DNA from: a virus
Lineage: Duplodnaviria > Caudoviricetes
Strand: one strand, 5' to 3'
Virus record (IMG/VR): IMGVR_UViG_3300037722_000240
Coordinates: 1-64,000 of that record
Length of the DNA: 64,000 bases
The notes beneath the pieces are model-generated. The model was not told the origin of the DNA. It made no database searches and was given only the letters and a program-made list of their open reading frames with translations. This document shows, piece after piece, positions 31,866 to 42,598 of the stretch. The stretch's first letter is position 1; every line of letters begins with the position of its first letter. A program made the translations under genes and the position numbers.

Positions 31866-34621
31866 TACTCAAATGTCCTATAATCAAACGCATCTAAATC
31901 ATTACCGCTCTGTCCTGTGGATGGGTCTATTTCAAACCTGTCTGTAAAAAATTCCTCAAAATCAATAAAATCTAATGTTCTACAAAATCGTCTATTATTT
32001 GAACTACTTTTATCTAAATTTCCATAAAAATATTGATAATTTAATTGTTCGGGTTCTGGATAAAGAGCTACTATCATATAATCGTCATCAAAATCAGTAT
32101 TAGGTAAATATGTTGTAGCTCCATTAGTATATCTTACCAGAGGATTATTTGATACATCTTCTTCCATACCAACAGGCTCGACATTTCCAAATCCAGGAAT
32201 TCCTAAAGCTGATGTATCCATAATATCTTCTTTTATAACAGAACTATTTTCGTAAAATCTTTGAATTGTAGAAGGAGCAGTTGTTACAAAGTAGCCATGA
32301 TAAGAGTAAATATTACCAGTCCTAACATTTGCTAAATTAGCACCTCCTTTAAATGTTCCACTTCCACTAACAGTTCTGTTTATACTGAATTCATGTGTAA
32401 TATCTCCTGTAGAAAAATCAATAGAAATGACAGGAACATGGGTATGAGTTTCACTTGGGCCTGCAGTAACTCTCCAAAAATGTTGTAAAGTAAAACACTT
32501 TCCTGAACTATCAACTGCTAATTGAGAAACTCTACTTGCCCCGTTCATGTTGTAAGAAGTACCTAAAGAATCTATAGTTTCATCGTAATCAACATATGCG
32601 CTAATTTCAGATATAGGATTATCAGTAACTACTCTAGCATGTATAATAAATGTGTTTGCCGATGCAGAAAACACATCTTCCCAACCAGAAAAACAAATTC
32701 TAGCGGCGTCTGTATCAGAGTCTGGGTCAAAATGTATTCTATAATTTCTGTATCTGTCATTAGCAGATGCTGTAAAAAACTGCTCATCGTGTATTTTATC
32801 CCAAGTTACCCCACTATCATTAGTTCTAAATACTTCACATCTAGCGCCGTTAACGTGTGTATGGGTAGCATCTGCGTGTATTACGGCAGCATACGCTATA
32901 GTTCTATTACTAGGTAATGACCATATACCTATTCTATAAATACCATTAGCATTTGTTAATCCTACATTTAGAGGCAATGATGTAATCGGACCCTCTCCGT
33001 CCCAAACTCCCGCCAAAAGCCTTGCATTACCCACTGTTTTTGCCCAATAAATACTTTCAACGGGAGTTTCAGTAATAATAGTAGGCCTTCCTGATATTAG
33101 AACATATGATGAATTATCTATAGCCCCTATAATATCATGTGCTACAACATCATAGTCTGAACCAGATGGTACAATCCCTGACGGTGGAGTATGTAACTGA
33201 ATACTGCCCCAAGTAGTTCCAAAGTTTTTAGTTGTATAAATCCACGCTCTAAAAAATCCTGTTGGCATAATTGATGGGCCTGATACTAGTACATGGAATG
33301 TTCCGTATCTAGTAGGCTCATCTACTACCTTCTTTAGCTTTAAATCCGTGTATTGAGGGACTTCATCGTCGCCCACATCGTTTACAGGAGTAGGAAGGTC
33401 TGGAACAGCTACCCAAAATCCAGTAAAATATGGCCGTCTATATATACCGGCCTCTGTAATAATCATGCTTTGTCCATAACTATTTACAGATATATTACTT
33501 ACATTTAGTTCCCCTGCTGTCGTTAATCCAGCGTTAGTGGGAACAAATGATTCCCCACCATCCCAAGAAACACCTACTCCCCCACTAATTGTTGACACAT
33601 ATACAGGGCTTGGAGGTAGAGCAATTGAAAGTCTTGGACATTTCTCTCCAAATGTTAATCTTGTTGTAGCTCCATCAGGCCCTACCCTAGCATATATACT
33701 AGTAATTACTCTAGAACCATCGTAATTCCAATCCTCATGCCAATCTATATTAGCTATTTCTCCCACCTGCAATGTAGGATAAAATCCATCCAAAGTAAAT
33801 AATTGAATGTCGTCTATACTATTAACTACACTTAAAATTCTAGATGCTACTATATAACTGTATAATTGTCTTGTTATGGCGGGATTGGTTACAACTACCG
33901 TCTTATCTGCAATAAGCTCAGATATCTCTGTCCGTGCTGTAGCAAATACTTGTTCTGATAGCCCTGTTTCTATATTAAATCTAAACCCACCATATACTTT
34001 TACTACATTTCTGGTTTTATCTGTGCTTAGGGTTCTTTCAGCCGCTACTGCCGTATCAACAGTTATCTGAGGCTCAGAAGTATTCAATCTAAATGTCTTT
34101 AGTTTATCTAATACTGAATCATATTTTACATAATATGCGGCTAATCTCTCTAATCTAGCTATAGCATCACCCACAGTTTGAAATCCTAGTGGAGTTCCTG
34201 GGTCAACCGTTACATTTGAACTAGCCTGAAACGATACACTAAGGCCTGCCAACCCTGCTAAATAACTAATCCAGTAGTTTACAGATTCCCCATTAGATTC
34301 TAATTGTTCAGGTATAAAGTAATCAAATAGCCTAATAGACTTATCAGCACCCTGAATAATATATGAACCTGGGTCGTAACTTTTAGTAATATCTACTAAA
34401 TATCCCCTTAGTACTCTAGTAGCAGAGCCCCCGTAACGCTCCCGTATTACTATTGAATCATAAGGATTTAATACCGTCGGATGTTCAGGGCTTAACTCTA
34501 ATGTAAATGAATCCCCCATTTCACAAATGCTAGATTTGCGTTCATAAGAAATTACATATTCAGTTCTATCAGTACCCTCTATTTCTATTTGAACATAGTC
34601 GGGTGTATAAAGCTCTGCCAT
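31865..34621 (-). CDS. tail tip / baseplate hub (Tal-like) protein with beta-propeller extension
   Basis: N-terminal hub region paralogous to 34624-35598; Asp-box-like SWDGGESF, TKNFGTTW, TNDSGVTW. Confidence 0.7.
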   Translation of the reverse strand: MAELYTPDYVQIEIEGTDRTEYVISYERKSSICEMGDSFTLELSPEHPTVLNPYDSIVIRERYGGSATRVLRGYLVDITKSYDPGSYIIQGADKSIRLFDYFIPEQLESNGESVNYWISYLAGLAGLSVSFQASSNVTVDPGTPLGFQTVGDAIARLERLAAYYVKYDSVLDKLKTFRLNTSEPQITVDTAVAAERTLSTDKTRNVVKVYGGFRFNIETGLSEQVFATARTEISELIADKTVVVTNPAITRQLYSYIVASRILSVVNSIDDIQLFTLDGFYPTLQVGEIANIDWHEDWNYDGSRVITSIYARVGPDGATTRLTFGEKCPRLSIALPPSPVYVSTISGGVGVSWDGGESFVPTNAGLTTAGELNVSNISVNSYGQSMIITEAGIYRRPYFTGFWVAVPDLPTPVNDVGDDEVPQYTDLKLKKVVDEPTRYGTFHVLVSGPSIMPTGFFRAWIYTTKNFGTTWGSIQLHTPPSGIVPSGSDYDVVAHDIIGAIDNSSYVLISGRPTIITETPVESIYWAKTVGNARLLAGVWDGEGPITSLPLNVGLTNANGIYRIGIWSLPSNRTIAYAAVIHADATHTHVNGARCEVFRTNDSGVTWDKIHDEQFFTASANDRYRNYRIHFDPDSDTDAARICFSGWEDVFSASANTFIIHARVVTDNPISEISAYVDYDETIDSLGTSYNMNGASRVSQLAVDSSGKCFTLQHFWRVTAGPSETHTHVPVISIDFSTGDITHEFSINRTVSGSGTFKGGANLANVRTGNIYSYHGYFVTTAPSTIQRFYENSSVIKEDIMDTSALGIPGFGNVEPVGMEEDVSNNPLVRYTNGATTYLPNTDFDDDYMIVALYPEPEQLNYQYFYGNLDKSSSNNRRFCRTLDFIDFEEFFTDRFEIDPSTGQSGNDLDAFDYRTFE

Positions 34622-34623
34622 CC

Positions 34624-35598
34624 TTACCTCGTTAAAGTTACGTTTTGAACAAATCCGCTTCTATCTATAACAGATTCTACTCTGTATATAAACCAATCTC
34701 CTGAAACTCCTGTATAAGCATCTGTAACAGTTGCAACATCTCTAGCTACAATTTGATGGTCGCCTTCTATACTTAATGTAAGTCTTTCAGTTAATCTATT
34801 AAATAGAGCTAAGTTAAAATCAGCCGCTAATTGACATTTTCCAACTGTATCAAGATAGGGAGTAGCTATAACAGCAGTTTTATAAAAACCTGCTGGAAGA
34901 TATGGGCTTACAGCAGAAGCATCTGCACTAATATTATCTTTTCCATATACAACTACTCTATTTCTAAGATTTTCCGTGGACTTGGTATAATCTATAGCCG
35001 TTACATTATCAGTGCCTACTGTCCAGGAATAAGATGAAGAATCTCCAGCCATTACATATGGTTTTCTATCCAATAATTGAATATCACCATTCCTATCGGC
35101 GTAAATATGCCAAGCCATCATATCAACAATACTTTTAGCCGCCGCCCACGCCATAATCAAGTTTATTTCAATAGGGCCATTAGTACCCCAAGTAACACTT
35201 AAAGGTAAATTAGCATTAATTCCACTAATATCTGCTTCGGCTAAAATACCCGCAACTAAAGTCTCTGTAGATACATTTTCAAAACTCAAGGGGTTTTCTG
35301 GATCATCAGATGCTATAAAGTAATCCAATGCTTTAGCTAATACATCTTCAAAAGTTATAGTAACAGTTCTTTCTAATGTATTTTGTGTAATATCTCTAAC
35401 AAAACCTTCAAATACTTTATCTGTATTGCCTAAGTATCCTATTCTAAAAGAAAACGAATCTCCCAAAGAAAGAGATGTACCATCTCCCTCTATGATGGCC
35501 TGTGCCACTGGGGAATTAAAGGATTCTATAAGTCTAATACTAGTAACATTATCAATAGCAGTTATATTATGAGCTACTATTCTAATTACTGGGGGCAT
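34624..35598 (-). CDS. baseplate hub / tail tip protein (XkdQ/gp27-like)
   Basis: Position after TMP and Dit-like gene; NLRNRVVVYG and GDHQIVARD..TVTD patterns. Confidence 0.65.
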   Translation of the reverse strand: MPPVIRIVAHNITAIDNVTSIRLIESFNSPVAQAIIEGDGTSLSLGDSFSFRIGYLGNTDKVFEGFVRDITQNTLERTVTITFEDVLAKALDYFIASDDPENPLSFENVSTETLVAGILAEADISGINANLPLSVTWGTNGPIEINLIMAWAAAKSIVDMMAWHIYADRNGDIQLLDRKPYVMAGDSSSYSWTVGTDNVTAIDYTKSTENLRNRVVVYGKDNISADASAVSPYLPAGFYKTAVIATPYLDTVGKCQLAADFNLALFNRLTERLTLSIEGDHQIVARDVATVTDAYTGVSGDWFIYRVESVIDRSGFVQNVTLTR

Positions 35599-35599
35599 A

Positions 35600-35962
35600 T
35601 TATGTCCTTACGGTACAAGTTACTTTATATACGGGAGCTGTTTCATCCTGTAATGGGTCTACTCTTTGAGCATATACATTTTGTCTTGATGATTGTACAT
35701 TCATAAGTAAAACGGTAACGCCTCCAGGAATTAAATCAGTAACTAGGGATACATTACTACCAGAACCATTCATAATGGTTTCTAAATATCCCGAACCTAT
35801 TACCGTTCCTGCTAAATTATGAGTTCTATTAGGAGTCATAATATAGTGAAATACGGATTCGGACCCGGCGATAGGTTGAAGCTCTGCAATTACTGGCTCA
35901 TTAATCTCTTCATCACCGTCAACATATATATCTGCTCCATTTATTTTCCAAATACTTGACAT
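35600..35962 (-). CDS. putative distal tail protein
   Basis: 120 aa directly after the tape measure. Confidence 0.5.
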   Translation of the reverse strand: MSSIWKINGADIYVDGDEEINEPVIAELQPIAGSESVFHYIMTPNRTHNLAGTVIGSGYLETIMNGSGSNVSLVTDLIPGGVTVLLMNVQSSRQNVYAQRVDPLQDETAPVYKVTCTVRT

Positions 35963-35964
35963 TT

Positions 35965-38900
35965 TTACTCCACTATATAGCCAACAGTTCCGGTTCTTTT
36001 CTTAGCTGTCTTGAAATCATTAAATAGCCTCTTTTGAAGAGTTTGCATAATTTGAGAACCATCAATAATAATAGGAATTGTAGCTTCAAGAGCTGTATTA
36101 ATTGTAACCGGAATTGAGCTTGGCATATTCGCTATAACACCTTCAAAAAATCTTTGAACATCGGGGCCTATATCACTAGCCAACCATCTCTCCGGTTGAT
36201 TTATTGGTGTACCAGATGTCTTTAATGAACTATCCAAAGATTTTCCAAAAACGTCACCAATTTTTTGTAAAATTAATGGGTTATATACTTCACCAGTAGC
36301 ACTTCTATCATTAGCTAATTGAAAGCCTAATATAGTTTGAGCTATTAGATTTTTTGATGTAGTACTTAATTCTCTATCTATTGATTTTTGTATAGTTCTA
36401 TCATCTACTGCCCCCCTTCCGGGTAATGGAAGGTTTGTCAATCCTCCACCACCCCCTCCCCTTGGAAACGGGGTGTCTGAGAAGTAGATTCCAGGAGTAG
36501 CAGGAATAAACGCCGTCATTCCTTCTGGAATATTGAAAATACCCTCTAATTGTTCTTGGTTTATTTCAATCAAATCTTGCATAGCCAAGTTCAATAGAGA
36601 AAGGTCAACATGTAAAGTATCAATACCATCTTCAAATATAATAGCAGTATCTTGTCTACTTGGTTGGAAAGCGCCTCCAGTAGCGGCTATTAAGCTATTA
36701 GCTATAGCTTGTTCCATTGCTTCTAATCTTGGCACATCTGCGGTTGATAGACCTTTACCTCTAAAGTCTTGGAAACCTATTGACCTAAATCCAGTACCCA
36801 GTCCTTGTTCTTGAAGTGCTTCTTGAATAAATTTTTGAGGGACTTTAGTAGTAAAATCTAAGAAGCTTCTTTCAACGCCTTCCCCTATAGCAAGCATGGC
36901 GTCCTCGCCTCGGTCACGCAGTTCTTCTCTAATATGTTCCGGCAATTTTTGTCCGGTTGCTAATTCTATAGCATCAAACCATTCTTCTTGAAGTTGTTCA
37001 GCAATTTGAATAGTTGTTTGTGCTTGACGCTGACTAACATCCCCCAATTCTATAACTCCTGGAACTTGTGTAAGTCTAGTTTCAACTTGAAGAGATGTGG
37101 CTCCATATAACTGACCAAAATTTGATACAGCAAGATTAAAAGCTTCCGCTGACCCTGTTCCTTCATCCAAGGCTTTCTTTGTTAGTAGTACATCATTTGC
37201 TAGAGTATTTAATCTAGTTCTTTCTTCATCTGAAATATTTAGTAAAACGTCTAAAAGACTATTCAAATCCTCATTTATACCAGCAGTATCAAAAGCGGAT
37301 ACAAATGTTCTGGCTTGATTGTCTAATCTACCAATTAATTGTTCCGCCTCTTGTAACTGTCTAACACCTATTCCAGATTCTCCTCTTTGGAATCTCTGTA
37401 ACTGCTGTTCATAGAATTGACTGCCCGCTATTTTAGATGCTCGTTCTATTTCATCAGCTCTACCGGCGGATATAGGAGTAAAAGCCCCTTCATCTAATTT
37501 TCCTAAATCTTCTCTAATTTGTAAAATCTCTCTATAAGCGGCAAGCTGTTCTTCTGTTATTTGGTCCCGCCCTAATAAACGATTAGCTAAAAATCCTCCT
37601 ATACCCCCTCCTCCGCCAATATCCTGTCCCGAAGCCGCCTGTAACTGGCCTAATCTCAAAGTTTCTGGAGTTATTTCTTTTGCTCCAAAAATATTACCAA
37701 TACCTGACAATAATCTTAAATTAAATTCATTGGCAAATCCCGGTTCAATTATACCCTCTAATTCTTCTAATCTTGTTTGAACCCTCTCTTGCGCTGTTTC
37801 AGGAGCAGGCTGAATTGTTCTTAATCTTTCTATTTCCTGAGAAATACTTGTCAAATCTTTAGTAGCAGTATCTACAAATGCTCCACCAATAACAGTTCCT
37901 ATAGCTATTCCAATAGGATTACCTTGTGAAATAAGACCACCAGCAATAGCACCGGCTATTTGTCCACCTGCCCTAGCAAAGTCTCTTTCTTGCTCTCTTC
38001 CCCCTCCAGCGGCCAATCCGCTAACAATACTACCTCCAGCGGCAATAGCGGGAATAGCGGCCCCTAGTAGCCCAGTTCCTCCTAAAAGCTTACTTAACCC
38101 TGTTCCTCTAAATCCTTGGTCTAAAAATGATAATCCTTGTCCAATTGTAGGGTCTAATCCCTGTCCAGGAAGGTATCCCCTCCCTGTTGGTAGTTTGCCA
38201 GCAAGCGCCAGTCTTTGAGCGCCGGCCCCCCCTAATAAATTTGCAACTCCAAGAGGTAATGGTCTATTTAGAGCTTGACCTGCTTTAGTAAAATCAAGTA
38301 ATCCAACAGTAAGCAATAATCCGGCTATTACTGGAGTAGCATCGCCTATACCTCTGACTACGCTATTTAGTGCATCTACAAAAAGTGTTAAACCTTGAAC
38401 TATTAGAGTAATAGTAGATAAAATTCCTCCCTCCTGTCCAAGAGTTTGAGCCAGTCCTGTAAGAGCGTTTTGTAGTTGCTGAATTGCTACAGCTACAGTG
38501 TCTAACTTGATTCCCATAGCCTCAGCCGCGTCACCAGAAGCAGTTAGAGATACTTCCGTTAGCTCTAATGTTCTCTGGTCAACGCCCAATAATGTAGCTA
38601 ATTGCGCTCCTCTACGGAAACCTCCACCCACAATATTTGTAATTTCTTGAACATCTTCTGGTGATAAGAATCCTTTATCACGAAGACTTATTATTTCAGC
38701 CATAATTTCCGTAAAACTTCTCATTTGACCATTAACATCACGAACAGCTATACCAAAACTAGCCAAAGCGGTTTCTGCCTGTGGGCTTTGTACTCCAGAA
38801 ATAAAACCTCTAAGAGCATTACCAGTTTCATCTGCTGAAAGTTTTGTGGCTTCTGCTAAAGCCGCCGCCATTCCATTTAATGCATCAAAAGAAATGCCGG

Positions 38901-40284
38901 CATCCTCAGCGGCTGTTCCTACAATAGCATAAGTTGATGCCAGAGTATTAATAGATACGTTAGCGTTCTTAGACACTGCAATCCAAGAATCCATGATTTG
39001 AGACCCGTCTGTTAATTCTAGTTTAGCCTGTCTTAATGCTCCTACTAATGTATCTAGAGCTTCTGCTTGTTCTATACCCGCTAGCTGAGAAAGAATCATA
39101 GAATCTTTCAATAGTACTTGGGTTGCTACAGTTCTTTCAGCCTCGTCACCTATTGATGCTGTTGCCGCCGCGGCTTCATTATATCCAGCCAGGACTCCAG
39201 TTAAACTAGTTCCTGTTTCTTTAGCTATACGAGCGGCGGCTTCAAATACACCAGTAATACCTTGTGTTGTTTCAGAAAGTACAATCTGTGCTTCGGCTAA
39301 TGAAGTTTGTAGTTCTATAGATTCACTAATTAACTGATTTAAAACTCTAATAGGCGTATATACAAGACCAATAGCAACTGTCCATTTTATAACTTCTAGG
39401 GTATCTCGTATAATACCGCCAGTAAATGATTGAAACTTTCTAGATGTATTAGATAAAACGTTTCCATACCTATCCATTACAACTTGGGCCTTTACCATAG
39501 CACCGGCACTATTTGTAGCTTCTACTGTCATAAATTGCATACCAGTAGCCGCATCAATTATAGGCTTGTGTATTTGTCCCGCTGTAAGCTTCAACTTATC
39601 TAAAGCCTGCTGAAAATTTAATAATCCAGCAGACCCGCCAGGAATTAGTCCTTCAATGTTAGAAATTTGAGAAACAGGTAAAAGGCCTTTTTCAGGAAAT
39701 CTGTTAGATACTTGTCCTTCGGGCAATCCTGTACCAGCCGCTCTTAATATTCCCCTACGATCCCCTAAAGCATTTATCATGCCTCTAATGGCGTCTGCTC
39801 TAGCTCTATCTACAAGTAATTGTTTTTCTGCCTGAGAAAGGGATAATCTTCGTTGCTCAACTTCATCAGATATAGCGGCGGCTACTCCTTTTTCGGCTGT
39901 TTGTGCTCTTAGTAGGCCTTCTATAAGGTCAGCATTTCTAGCTTTTTCCGATTGGAAGTATCCAGAAGGAGAACCTGCTATTGCCTGCCTTCTAATATTC
40001 ATAACCTCTGGAAGTCTTGCTTCTGTAGCGGCTACTTGCAGTAGTTCATTTCTTAATTTAGCTACTGCGGGTGCATTAACTCCTAACTCTCTAAGACCTA
40101 CAGAAACTTTATTAATAGAAGTAGCCAAAGCATCAAAGGAGCCGGTAATTCTAGTCCCCTCTAATTGATTTAAAACATTAATAAGCTCACTAAGAGTAGT
40201 AGCGGCTGTTGAACTTTGTTCACTTAAATGTGATAAGTTTGTAATTATATTTCTAAGATTTTGTTCAACTCTTTGTGATGCCAT
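35965..40284 (-). CDS. tape measure protein (TP901-like core)
   Basis: 1439 aa, Ala/Gly-rich helical, core ..SKNANVSINTLA..A.LAEA...A.ETGNALR; follows the chaperone genes. Confidence 0.92.
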   Translation of the reverse strand: MASQRVEQNLRNIITNLSHLSEQSSTAATTLSELINVLNQLEGTRITGSFDALATSINKVSVGLRELGVNAPAVAKLRNELLQVAATEARLPEVMNIRRQAIAGSPSGYFQSEKARNADLIEGLLRAQTAEKGVAAAISDEVEQRRLSLSQAEKQLLVDRARADAIRGMINALGDRRGILRAAGTGLPEGQVSNRFPEKGLLPVSQISNIEGLIPGGSAGLLNFQQALDKLKLTAGQIHKPIIDAATGMQFMTVEATNSAGAMVKAQVVMDRYGNVLSNTSRKFQSFTGGIIRDTLEVIKWTVAIGLVYTPIRVLNQLISESIELQTSLAEAQIVLSETTQGITGVFEAAARIAKETGTSLTGVLAGYNEAAAATASIGDEAERTVATQVLLKDSMILSQLAGIEQAEALDTLVGALRQAKLELTDGSQIMDSWIAVSKNANVSINTLASTYAIVGTAAEDAGISFDALNGMAAALAEATKLSADETGNALRGFISGVQSPQAETALASFGIAVRDVNGQMRSFTEIMAEIISLRDKGFLSPEDVQEITNIVGGGFRRGAQLATLLGVDQRTLELTEVSLTASGDAAEAMGIKLDTVAVAIQQLQNALTGLAQTLGQEGGILSTITLIVQGLTLFVDALNSVVRGIGDATPVIAGLLLTVGLLDFTKAGQALNRPLPLGVANLLGGAGAQRLALAGKLPTGRGYLPGQGLDPTIGQGLSFLDQGFRGTGLSKLLGGTGLLGAAIPAIAAGGSIVSGLAAGGGREQERDFARAGGQIAGAIAGGLISQGNPIGIAIGTVIGGAFVDTATKDLTSISQEIERLRTIQPAPETAQERVQTRLEELEGIIEPGFANEFNLRLLSGIGNIFGAKEITPETLRLGQLQAASGQDIGGGGGIGGFLANRLLGRDQITEEQLAAYREILQIREDLGKLDEGAFTPISAGRADEIERASKIAGSQFYEQQLQRFQRGESGIGVRQLQEAEQLIGRLDNQARTFVSAFDTAGINEDLNSLLDVLLNISDEERTRLNTLANDVLLTKKALDEGTGSAEAFNLAVSNFGQLYGATSLQVETRLTQVPGVIELGDVSQRQAQTTIQIAEQLQEEWFDAIELATGQKLPEHIREELRDRGEDAMLAIGEGVERSFLDFTTKVPQKFIQEALQEQGLGTGFRSIGFQDFRGKGLSTADVPRLEAMEQAIANSLIAATGGAFQPSRQDTAIIFEDGIDTLHVDLSLLNLAMQDLIEINQEQLEGIFNIPEGMTAFIPATPGIYFSDTPFPRGGGGGGLTNLPLPGRGAVDDRTIQKSIDRELSTTSKNLIAQTILGFQLANDRSATGEVYNPLILQKIGDVFGKSLDSSLKTSGTPINQPERWLASDIGPDVQRFFEGVIANMPSSIPVTINTALEATIPIIIDGSQIMQTLQKRLFNDFKTAKKRTGTVGYIVE

Positions 40285-40517
40285 TATCCAATCTCACTCT
40301 CATCAATTTCAAATATAACCTCATCTTTTGGTGAATCTTTATATAAAACTCTATCAAACCATTCATCCAATTTTTCAGGAGGTAGGTACCAAATATAATC
40401 ATCGGGAGGTCTCTTATCTTTGGGTAATTCCTTGAAGGATTCTACCTGCGCTCGCTTTCTAAGTACATAGCTTATAGTCCAAGGAAGTTCATCTATAGGC
40501 GGTAATTTTTTATGCAA
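40284..40517 (-). CDS. tail assembly chaperone C-terminal extension (gpT-like, reached by -1 frameshift)
   Basis: In the -1 frame of 40556-41299 and open back through the slippery site; no RBS of its own seen. Confidence 0.75.
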   Translation of the reverse strand: MHKKLPPIDELPWTISYVLRKRAQVESFKELPKDKRPPDDYIWYLPPEKLDEWFDRVLYKDSPKDEVIFEIDESEIG

Positions 40518-40555
40518 CGGAATCTTCGTATTGCTATGTATAGTCCAATACGACG

Positions 40556-41299
40556 CTATTGCGTTGCTTCTGGCAATTTTTTTAGCTCTTCTATACCAAG
40601 CTCTAAACTTTTATAGTTCTCTACCAAAATAGTCTTTATTACAGTAGCGGCATTATCAAAAGTATCAAATGAACTAAATGCGGGTTTCTTGAAATCAGCC
40701 CCCAAATATGTTGCATAATAGGTGCACATATCATAGTAACTACTGTTCATTTCCTCAGAGCAAAGTCTATCCATAAGAAGTGCCTGATAGGTAGAATATA
40801 GTTCTGCTTTTTTTACACTACTTAGTTCTTTTCTTCTTTCTTTACTTATTTTCTGTATATTTTTATCTAATTCTTTTGCAAATTTAACAGGATAGGAGTC
40901 TATTTCTTCTTGAAACTTTTCCTGAGCCTCTAAACTATCATCGGATTTAGGAGACTTGGGCTCCTTTACCTTTGTATCCCTTAATGCTTCTGCTTGAATA
41001 TCAGGCAAAAGCAGTAAAATAATCATAGAAACAAGGGTTTCTTTATCCTGAAATTCCTTTATTTCATTTACAAAAGCAACTCTTTCGTCACTACCTTCTT
41101 TTTGCAAATTCCTTCTTAGTTCTGCTGACTTTCTCAAAGCATAAGCTCTTGCTCTATTAAGGTCAGCATCCCCAACCAAGCGAAGGTGTACCGTCATATT
41201 TAGGTCCCTAGCAGGGTCCCTAAGTTCGACTTCTTTAGTCCATCTGAATAGTTGGGAAATATCCACATCATTTTTATCAATTTCTCTTTTTCTAGACAT
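40556..41299 (-). CDS. tail assembly chaperone (gpG-like)
   Basis: Between tail tube and TMP; GGAGAGG RBS. Confidence 0.8.
   Translation of the reverse strand: MSRKREIDKNDVDISQLFRWTKEVELRDPARDLNMTVHLRLVGDADLNRARAYALRKSAELRRNLQKEGSDERVAFVNEIKEFQDKETLVSMIILLLLPDIQAEALRDTKVKEPKSPKSDDSLEAQEKFQEEIDSYPVKFAKELDKNIQKISKERRKELSSVKKAELYSTYQALLMDRLCSEEMNSSYYDMCTYYATYLGADFKKPAFSSFDTFDNAATVIKTILVENYKSLELGIEELKKLPEATQ
40577..40583 (-). other. -1 programmed ribosomal frameshift site A AAA AAA
   Basis: CTA AAA AAA TTG near the end of the chaperone; the -1 frame reads KKIARSNAIASYWTIHSNTKIPLHKKLP without a stop. Confidence 0.75.
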
Positions 41300-41323
41300 T
41301 TTTTCCTCTCCAATTTAATAATT

Positions 41324-41365
41324 AAAAGGGGCCACAACAATCAAAAAGATTGATGTAGCCCCTTT
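41324..41365 (-). terminator. terminator-like hairpin after the tail tube gene
   Basis: AAAGGGGC...GCCCCTTT outer stem with inner CAATC/GATTG; T-run on the minus strand. Confidence 0.65.
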
Positions 41366-41394
41366 GTTATTACTCCCTTTGGCTAACTTTTAGT

Positions 41395-42582
41395 TTATCT
41401 CGAACCACTGTAGATAATTATATCACCATCTTCTGACTTAAAGTCGAATGTTTGTTGAGCGTTGGCATTCACGTTTGAAGTGTAGCCATCACTTGTAATT
41501 ACTACAGCAGGAACGTATACTGTCTTTAGAATAGTAAACGGTTCCACTTTATCTGCTGGGTCTTGTAGCGCCAGGTCTAGTGAAATATTTGCGGCTGTAT
41601 ACTCAGAAGCTTTCCACTCGGTATCACCCGAAGCAAGGCTTCCAGTTGAGAATAGGTCAATTAATTCAGTATCCGTGTCCAAAACCGTAATAGTTCCGGT
41701 TACACTAGGAACTTGTAGCTGATAACCAACTACGTCCCTATTACCCATCTCTCTAACTGTTTCTGGATTGAATGTGCCATTCAAAGTAACTGATTGTACA
41801 CGGTCAATACCATTAGCTGATAATAGAACAGGAACATCCAAACCACGAATAGCGGCTGGCATAACTGTTTCTGCTACATCGGCCCAATTAGTACCTGTAG
41901 GTACAGCTTGATAAATTACTAATAGCTGGCTAGTTCTAGAATCAAATGTAGTTAATGTAGTACCTGCTACTGAATATTCTCCAGTAGCGGGGCCAGCGGC
42001 AACTTCTTCTAGATATATACCATCAAGAATAACAGAAATAGCCTCATTTCCATTCTTTAGTGTAACAGGTGTTTCTGCCAAAGAAAACGAAGTTGTTCCG
42101 GTTACAAACTTTTCAACCACAATATCGTTTTTGAACCATCTTTTCTCGGTTCCGATAAGTGTATATTCCTCAGTTGATTCTCCATCTACTGAGTAGCTGA
42201 ATGAGAAATCACGAACAGTACATTTTCTGGCGTGGGCCATCTTAACGTAATCTTCTAGAGAAGCGTCTTTAATTTGTGCAATAAGGTCTGCTTCTTTAAT
42301 TTCGCTAATACTTACACCTGATGCGGGATACGCTGTATAATCATTTCCTGTTAGAATTGAAAACAGCTTAATACCAACATCCATTGACTGGAATGTGGCA
42401 GTAACATTTGGAGCATCTTCTACTGTACCAGCGTGTAGGCGATTACCCAACTCATCAATGTCCGTTGATGGTCTATCAGCGGTGATTGATAACCTCTGGA
42501 TTCGTGGAACTACAAGGGCGTCCTTTTCTCCCACTAATTTTAATTGAACATGCTTAGACGGAATCGCGACTCTACGACTCAT
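41395..42582 (-). CDS. major tail (tube) protein
   Basis: 395 aa upstream of chaperone/TMP; strong GGAGG RBS; downstream terminator. Confidence 0.75.
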   Translation of the reverse strand: MSRRVAIPSKHVQLKLVGEKDALVVPRIQRLSITADRPSTDIDELGNRLHAGTVEDAPNVTATFQSMDVGIKLFSILTGNDYTAYPASGVSISEIKEADLIAQIKDASLEDYVKMAHARKCTVRDFSFSYSVDGESTEEYTLIGTEKRWFKNDIVVEKFVTGTTSFSLAETPVTLKNGNEAISVILDGIYLEEVAAGPATGEYSVAGTTLTTFDSRTSQLLVIYQAVPTGTNWADVAETVMPAAIRGLDVPVLLSANGIDRVQSVTLNGTFNPETVREMGNRDVVGYQLQVPSVTGTITVLDTDTELIDLFSTGSLASGDTEWKASEYTAANISLDLALQDPADKVEPFTILKTVYVPAVVITSDGYTSNVNANAQQTFDFKSEDGDIIIYSGSR

Positions 42583-42598
42583 TTAACAATTCCTCCAT

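Noticed and set aside
25221-34621. Diversity-generating retroelement targeting tail fibres
   Set aside because: No reverse transcriptase and no TR/VR pair differing at adenines seen in this window
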